This document shows, piece by piece, positions 56,219 through 64,000 of a stretch of 64,000 nt of DNA. Both the position numbers and the translations under genes were made by a program. The notes beneath the pieces are model-generated. The model was not told the origin of the DNA. It saw only the letters and a list, made by a program, of their open reading frames with translations, and did no database searches. The DNA is taken from positions 1 through 64,000 of the forward strand of contig NW_021833059.1 in NCBI RefSeq assembly GCF_006345805.1. Direction: 5' to 3'. Source of the stretch: Octopus sinensis (Eukaryota). Position 1 is the stretch's first letter. Every line of letters begins with the position of its first letter.

Positions 56219-56655
56219 ATAAAATACGGTTTCACTACAACCCCTAATGATGAAAAACGACTTTTTTGATATGAGAAAGTTGTTTTCTAACGGGGCCTAT
56301 GCAGGAATTACTTTATACACGAAAGCTAGAAACCGATACTAAATGGTAATCAAAGTTAACGAGATTCGCTGGAAAAGCAAATCATTCAAATTTTTATTCA
56401 AAAATCGATTATATTCTTATCTTAATACAGTTATTTCTTCTATTAACAAAATAAAATCAAACTCGCTGAATTCACGTCTTTTCCACCAGCTTTGTGTTGA
56501 TAATGATAAAGATTCTGTACGGCTTTTAATGCATACAAAAGTAAGGTGGCTATCAATAGGTGAATGTTTGGGACGTATATTTTTCTCTTCGACACTGTGG
56601 TTGAATTCCTCAAATCTTTAAGCTCTCACTTTGATCCAATTATTTCAATGCTATA

Positions 56656-58643
56656 CAGTGACTCCTCTGAAATTGGCCACCTCTGAAATTGACCACACTT
56701 ATAAAATTATCTTAAGAAAAATTCGAATTTCCATTGAAAGTGGCCAGTTCTCAAATTGACCATAAATTTTAAATATATTTTATATAATTTGCAAATTAAT
56801 AAAATTTCAGTTATTTTATGTCTTCGAACAATTCTCGTGGTAATTATTACTCGTCTCACTTTTATCAAAACATACAGATTTTAACTTATAAAAATCAAAA
56901 TGAAGATGTTTCATGTCAGTATTTGGCTGATAGATTTTCCCTTTGTTTAAAAGAATTTCCAGAAAAACCATTTAATAATATATTTTGAAAAAGATTTTTT
57001 TCTCAAAGAGTGTAAAAAACAAAATCTATCTTCAAAAAATGCGCATAGACTCAAGTTCCCACAGCTTGATGCTATGTTAGTTGAATGGATGGATTCGATT
57101 GAGTCTAAAGGTAATTTGTACTAAATTATGATTAAGGTGGCTTTCTTATGATGCTTTAATTTCAAATAAGGCTAATTTATTCGCAGCTGAATTAAAACTG
57201 GATAATTTTAAAAACTCAAATGGATACCTTCATAAATTCAAAAAGAGGCATGGTTTTCGAATGACCAAGTTACATGGAGAAATGAGACTAATATCCAGTA
57301 GATGTCGACTTATTTATCGAAAAATTCATAGAAATCATCAAAGAGTTATAATGCCGATCAAATTTATAACTTGGACGAAACGGGATTGTATTACAAGCTG
57401 ATTCCTTCGAAGAGTATTTGTAGAAACAGATTTCAAGGATATAAAAATTTCAAAGATCGTGTTTCTATTATGCTATGTTAAATATGAGTGGAAATCATAA
57501 ATTGAACCTGTGATGATCTCGAAACCTAAAATGCAAGATGCTTTAAATCTTATGACTATAAATGTTTCATTGATTATTATAGCTCAAAACGAGCTTGGAT
57601 GACAGGAACAATTTTTACTAACTGGCTATTAAACTTTGATTACCATCTCAAAAATGAAAAAAAGCAAATTTACTCTCATGGACAATTGTCCTTCACATTG
57701 TGTTCCATCAAATTTGGATAACATAAAAATATTGTTTTTTCCTCCAAATAGTACTGGTCTTATTCAACCTATGGATTGGGGTAATAAAAACATTTAAAAC
57801 ACATTTTACTCGACACAAGTTAATGTATTTGACTGATTTGTTGGAACAGCAAAATATTTCAGTATACAGTTCCTACAAAAAGTTAACTCTAAAGGATACT
57901 GTAATTTTCGTAAAAATGGCTTGGGAATATGTGTCTGAAAAAACGATTGCAAATTGTTTCGGAATTTTAAGTAACCCATTCAAAAAGAATCATGTAGTTG
58001 AAGTTCAAGATATTGCAGTAGAAAAAACTGACATTTTTGATCCCTTAGAAGTCAAAGAATTTCTTAATTTTGAATATTCTGAAAATGATACATTTCAAGA
58101 CGTTGAGGATATTGAAAATATAAAAAATGAAGAAGAAGTAGAAGCTGAAGTAAAATCCAATGAAGTAGAATCCAATGATTCAATTGACAAAGAAGACATT
58201 GTGGTTAAGTTAACTAAAATTGAAAACGACCTCCTAAAAAACATTGAGAACGAACATGAAGTTCAATTGATTACATCCATAAGGCGCTATAAGGAAAATG
58301 TCATTAAAACTCAAAAAAAGCAGATGGGCATCCAATTCTACTGCTTTTTTTGAGTTTTAATGACATTTTCCTTATAGTGCTTAATTACTTAAAATTTTCT
58401 GGATAAAAGTTGTTCTTATTCAAAATGTTCTTAAAGTAGAATTGGATGCCCATCTGCTTTTTTTGAGTTTTAATGACATTTTCCTTATAGTGCTTAATTA
58501 CTTAAAATTTTCTGGATAAAAGTTGTTCTTATTCAAAATTTAATTTACACAAAAGATTGATTTTATTTCTCAAATTGGCCATTTCTCGAATTGACCACAA
58601 AAACACGTGGAACCAAAAATGGCCAATTTCAGAGGAGTCACTG
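56656..58643 (+). mobile_element. pogo/Tigger DNA transposon, full span, with a micro-intron
   Basis: Perfect 24-bp TIRs cagtgactcctctgaaattggcca; TA TSD; CENP-B HTH (SNGYLHKFKKRHG), YNLDETGL, AWMTG, MDNCPSH, PPNSTGLIQPMD. Confidence 0.95.
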
Positions 58644-58988
58644 TACTTGTTTTGTAGGAATATTGGTAGAAAGGAGTTAAGCCAATTTCCACGTCTCAAC
58701 AATCTTAAAAACCTACTTTCTAAATCTCGAAAATTATGTTTAACATTTAATCACTCTTGAAAATGATATGAAGCAGCGTTTCAAAGATTTCCGCGAAGGA
58801 AAGGACTGAGATAATAAGTAAAACTAGCATCTTTCGATAGAATATGAAGCATTATTAAATAAAAGTTTTTCTTATAATAAAATTGTTTTACGAATAAAAT
58901 CTAATAAACATTAAAAGTAGGTCATGAAACTGTTGAGCGCATGTCGTTACTGCATTATTTGTAATTAGTCGGGTCACACAGCACTCTA

Positions 58989-59810
58989 ATGCACAGAATC
59001 AATCTAAAAGTATTCTTTTTTCCTAAACATTATAAAACTAGCAGACCACAAATTCTGGGATTACTTGCAATCCAACGTACATATTCCTACCATACAGTTA
59101 ACTATGCTACAACAAAAAAAATATCTGATTGGTCTCAATATTTAATAACAAAAAATAACTCGCAAGGTTTTTCTAATGTTATAATTCTCAAAGGCGATGC
59201 AAATAGAAGAAACTGCAGGTTTCGAAATGACGCAAATATTTCAAAATATTTCTCGACCCAACTGACTACAAAAGAAGTGGATATTCGAGAGGACATCTTA
59301 GTCCATTGGGGTCATTTAATTTCAATTAGGTCAATGGTTTGTTCTATTTTAGACTGGAATGTGCGACACTTTTTATTTGACGAATATTGTCACTCAGAAT
59401 ATAAGACAAAATTCTGGCACTTGGAATAATTTGGAACAATATCTGAGAAACGAATTAATTTTGACAATATTTGGGTAGTAACTGGTCCAGCATTTCTTCC
59501 CTCTGAGTCCGATCCAACGGAAATTTGAATAAAAGTATTTATTTGAATTGTTCATTCACGAGGTCGTTGGAAATAATAACGTTTGGTTCCAACCCACACG
59601 TATAAGGTTGTTTTGTGCCAGTCTCAGACTGATACTTATTTGGTGGCCTTTTTGATTTTTAATGAGAAGATTTTAAGGACAGCATGGTCTAACAGTTGAG
59701 TATAAATTAGTTCACTATTGATGAACTGGAACAAGATCTTGGATTTGATTTTTTTCCGGATCTGGATTGAACAAATGTCAAGGATTTTCGTGATTATCTG
59801 CAAACGGTTT
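58989..59810 (+). pseudogene. EXOG: EXOG-type (EndoG family) nuclease, frameshifted
   Basis: RTYSYHTVNY..DW..|GDANRRNCRF..DYKRSGYSRGHLSP..DTFYLTNIV.QN..NSGTWNNLE..IWVVTGPAFLP..VPTHTYKVVL. SRGH is the EXOG form of the active-site motif (EndoG has DRGH). Several frameshifts and a late stop; start uncertain. Confidence 0.85.
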
Positions 59811-61109
59811 AAATTAGTTTAAAAATATTTTCTGGTTTTTTTCTTGGTTTCATTTTATTTCATACGGCAGAATATGGATTCATTTCATACTGTTTCATTT
59901 TGTTGGGAATTTAATTTATTTATTTTAATTATTTCGGACTTAATTTTAATTATGTTTAGAAACTCTATTTAAAATAAAAGAAGAAAAAACACCGCTCCAG
60001 AAAAACGTTAAAATTATAAATATGTAAAAAAAAAGCTCACAAATTGTTTCTCAACGTTTAGTTATCGAATGTGCCAATGCCAATTCTTGAACAGTAAAAA
60101 ATATTGTATCCTATGTAATTCTTGCTTTAACTATACTTTCATCTTGACTATACTAAAATAAGTTAGGCTTGTGTCAGGGCCCTTTTAAACTGGCTTTGTG
60201 CCTGTTGCATGAACGTGAAAAGGAGTTTTTAGAACCACTATTTCATCCATTCCTTATTTACCAATATCTACTTTGAGAAAAATTCAATTAGAGCCCTAAT
60301 GATTTTTCCATATCTTTCCAAATACCAGGATATGTCCAGATTATAATTTCAAAGCATGTTAGATTTTATAGCCGCCGATAGCTTGTTCACATTAATCAAA
60401 AAGGCTACACGAACTAACTGCAAAGAAGACTGTGAAAATGTTTTGCTTTCCTTTTTTCGGCCTAAGTCTGCCTATTAGTAGACTCTCCTCAGACATAATC
60501 TGGGAACTGACTTAATGCCTGCCACTTTCGTTGGTTAAAAGAAATGCTGGGCCAATTACTACGCAAATATTGTTAAAACATAAACTTAAATTGTTCTTTT
60601 TATAAATTTTCTTACAGTGAGAATTCTTAACGTATGGCTCAACAAGCACTTTTTTAAAAATGAAAAAAATTAAATAATTTATAATTTTTTTTAAATTAAA
60701 TTATATTTTTATTTTGCTATGTTGTTGGACGATCGTGTGAGTTAGTGACAATTAATAGAGCCAATAGCGACACTCCATATGCTGTAAACCTTCAGAAAAA
60801 TAAAACAAGAAGGCCTGTCACCTTATAAAATGCATTTCAAGATTCTGGACCTTCAAAAAGACTATATTGTATTAAAAGTCATATTTTTTGATAATTTAAT
60901 TAGCCTCGGCAGGTTTCATTTTAGTGAGAAAATATTCAATCAAATTCAATTTTTGTTATGTACTGGCCAATTCTACTTGTTTGTGCAGCTAAATGTACGG
61001 ACACCACCCGACGACGAGCCTTAAATCAGTTTTTAATTGCCTATGACGTCTTAAAAAACGACTAACAAAAATAAATTTAAAAATTAATAAAAAAGAAGAT
61101 TTTTCCAAA

Positions 61110-62400
61110 TTGGTTTATCACATTCGGTTACCAGTAAAGGACATTGAAGTGCTGACAGCCACCCATCCCAACAAAATAGACCAAATAAAAGCAAAGGCTA
61201 ACGAATTGGAACTTCTTATGGACAGTACAAGTTGGAAAATAATCATTCGACTGTTGGAGGGACTCCATTCCGCGATTTCGTGTATTAACATGACGGAAAA
61301 TGGATAGTCAGTGTGTCGGAAATGTATATATAGATTAATTGCTACAAACCTATTGATAAATATCATTTTCCGACGAGCAGTTGCTCATTAGTGCCCAATC
61401 ACACACAAAAATGCCATTTAATCGTATTTCTGAATAGAATTTGACTATAAACATTCCTGAGTTACATCAATTTACTCACATCGACAATTCCATAGAAAAA
61501 AACAACACAGAAAGTCACGTGTTGATTGAAAAAGATGAAGGCATTCAGTCGGGGACCGGGGGTCATTCCGAGATCACCAAATATGTACTTGGTTTACATC
61601 CTGTGGCTATAGACATAATATATACACCAGTGGAATTTTTTCCTGACGACGACTCGTCTTCGAATGACATGAAGAGGTGTTCCAATACTTCGGAGTATTC
61701 CACTGTGTCAGCGAGTTATTCGAAAAGTGTTGGAGAATGTGATTTTTGTAGTCAAAATGGTCATAAAAGTGAAAATGAGAATGATTTTGAGTCAACAAAT
61801 TTACAAGATGTAACATTTGAGAGTTTTGATATTAAAATATTTGAGAAAGCAATAAATGATGACTTCAGGAATCGAAGCTTCGATTATGTGTTAAATAGGG
61901 AAAACGGAGATTCGATTTTTGACCAAAAAACGGATCAAAGAATGATTTGCACGTTTTTGATTTCTGTTCTTGTGCCTAAAATTATAAGAGAAAATACAAA
62001 TTCAAATACAGGAATTCAATATCCAGAAATATTGTGATACAAGATAGTAGTGAACAGAAAGAGAAAAATTTTGAGTTTTTTGAAAAAACGACAAAACAGA
62101 GAAATCTTGCTAATAAATATGAAATTGAGACGGGCTTGTGGCATTGCTTTCTTTATGAAAATGTCTCTTTTATAGAAAATGGACTCGAATTAGATATTCC
62201 CCCAAATGTCCCACTCGTTCAGGGCAAAATTGCAAATGACCGGGATTTTTCAATTCAATTTTTTAAAAATATTTTTAAACTTAATTTTATAAAATGACAT
62301 TTAGTTCCTGAAAAACTAAGTTTATTACCGGAAACTCTCAATGTTGAATATTTTTGTCTTATTATATTTGGAATGCAATCTGATGGACTATAAGATTGTG
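61110..62400 (+). CDS. Unidentified intron-containing gene or gene fragment
   Basis: Collinear same-strand ORFs, including one of 198 aa, separated by intron-sized gaps; no family recognised. Confidence 0.4.
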
Positions 62401-62639
62401 CGGAAATTATAAAATTGTCAAAATAAAAACTTTTTTAAATACAAAAATATATGATCCTAGCGTACATGTTTATTCAGGTAAACACGTGATTTTACAAGTA
62501 TATTTTACAATTTTGAACTTTTTTGTGATTTTTTGTGACTAAGTTAAAGTCCGTCTAAAATCATCAATTCATAACTTATGATTAATAAAAACCCAATAAA
62601 AAAGTATTCAAAAAAGTAAGAATCAGTAATTTAACAAGA

Positions 62640-63745
62640 CTAGACAAATCCAATACAATTGTCATCAAAGTCGAAAACAGTGTAGTAACGACGTATAAAG
62701 AAATCCCCAATATCCAGAAAAGAATGTCCTGTGGAGTAATTTCGACTGTACAAATTCCAATGAAGGGGATCTATTTAATAAAAACCATTCTCTGTCAACA
62801 TGAATAATGTAGTCCTCAGGTTTTAATTCAAATTTGGTTCCGCCAATGTCAAACACCAACGAAGGATAATTTTTAATGGACCAACAGAAGAAAAGATATG
62901 CCTTAAAAGTGATCATAATGTATCTATATATTTTTGATTTATTATAGCTTTCAGCGTGTTGAATATCGATTCCACGTCCTTTTCAGGACCAAGGAACGAA
63001 TTAGTGACCGTATCGACAATGGCCTGGACGTTGTTCAAACTGCCGACAGAAATACTGCTATGTAACACTACAATAATACATGTTAATTTTAAACTGCCAA
63101 TATTACTGGAAACTAACATCCAAATAAGTAATTTTCCCTTTTCCCTTAAAGGATCAATGAATCCGATTGTCAGTTCTCTCCCAAGGAGGCATCGGGATTA
63201 CTGCCAGTTAAAAAATTAATCAATTTTGCAAGATAGAATGCAAAAAGGAACAATCTATCAGTCCTTTATATCTTATAACTTGTATTGACAGAGTTGCATA
63301 ATTTATCGCAAGTGAGGGCTGGGCTAGTCCAAAAATCCCGTCAAATTTCAAAACCGGATAGTCCGGAAACACATCAGTCATCTCTGCAAACACCTGTTCG
63401 TTTAAAGTTAGGTTTCTGACGGTCAAGTGTCTTAGCTAAGAAATTTTTGTACATTCCCTGCGCCATAATCGATTGAAATTTTCGATCCGTCAATTCTGTA
63501 ACTTGAAGACTGACTTATTATTATTATTAGAACCAAGATCACCGTCCAAAACATAAAACTAATTAATCAGGTGATCCCGGCTTCTCTGAGGAGGGTTCTC
63601 AATTTTGCCCGGTGCTCCTCCCTTGTCCCGGCACAATTTCTGTGAAGACTGACTTGAAATGTATGTATTGTGATCTATTTTTAAATAAATGATATTACTT
63701 GGAAATTCACCGCTTCCCGATGGAATCCAAAGATTTTTGAAAATA
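62640..63745 (-). pseudogene. Pepsin/cathepsin D-like aspartic protease pseudogene
   Basis: NLWIPS, IDYGAG, QVFAE, FDGIFGLA, AIVDTVT (DTG lost), FELKPEDYI, RYYTVFD; stop codons and a retro-insertion. Confidence 0.85.
63517..63642 (-). mobile_element. Short 5'-truncated retroposon with (TAA)n tail inside the protease pseudogene
   Basis: 13-bp TSD tgaagactgactt at 63504-63516 and 63643-63655. Confidence 0.85.
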
Positions 63746-64000
63746 CTTAATATATTGGTTTTTTTTCTTTTCTTTTATTAATTATAAAAATTCTGATTTC
63801 TCTGGTCCCAATTTTTACAGTTTTTTCAATATAAATTTGACTTGATTATCCCGGATCCTTTATACTTAAACACCGGGCGTTATTTCAAGTCCCAACGGCT
63901 CTTCTCAAATTGAAAACCGGGCAAAAAGATATTAAAAGTACACTTGAATCCCGCCCCAACAAAAAAACCGCTTTTGGCACCCTCGTTTTTGGGGCGATTT

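Larger units (their letters stand above)
53180..58800 (+). mobile_element. Older Buster/ZBED5-like hAT remnant split by the LINE and the pogo element
   Basis: KYGFTT..DEKR reads across the LINE TSD; INKIKSNSLNSRLFHQLC..HTKVRWLSIG at 56420-56580; LFCRNIGRKELSQFP..DMKQRFKD after 58645. Confidence 0.7.

Overview
AT-rich eukaryotic nuclear DNA, not prokaryotic. The gene content (SFMBT-like Polycomb protein, MKK4-like kinase) points to a metazoan, and the 22-35 nt GT-AG introns point to a reduced one; a myxozoan-type or dicyemid-type parasite is inferred, not proven. Genes that appear intact after manual splicing: RPB10, XPD/ERCC2 head-to-head with GCLC, an MBT-SLED-SAM (SFMBT-like) gene, a MAP2K, and a 7-exon membrane protein resembling a catalytically dead matrix metalloproteinase, which the ORF track misses. 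Broken or partial copies: EFL1 3' end, DDX54, EXOG, a pepsin/cathepsin D-like protease and an ankyrin gene. Most of the rest is nested transposons: Buster-type hAT elements with 8-bp TSDs, pogo/Tigger elements, a Merlin transposase, a near full-length RTE-like LINE, R4-like RLE retroelements resembling microsporidian ones, and many short CRE-like 3' ends. Main observations: (1) most host genes switch from A/C-rich to G/T-rich on the + strand near their middle, whichever strand they are on; (2) transposases of three DNA-transposon superfamilies carry host-sized micro-introns; (3) the MMP-like pseudo-enzyme. All calls come from reading and translating by eye; no searches were run.
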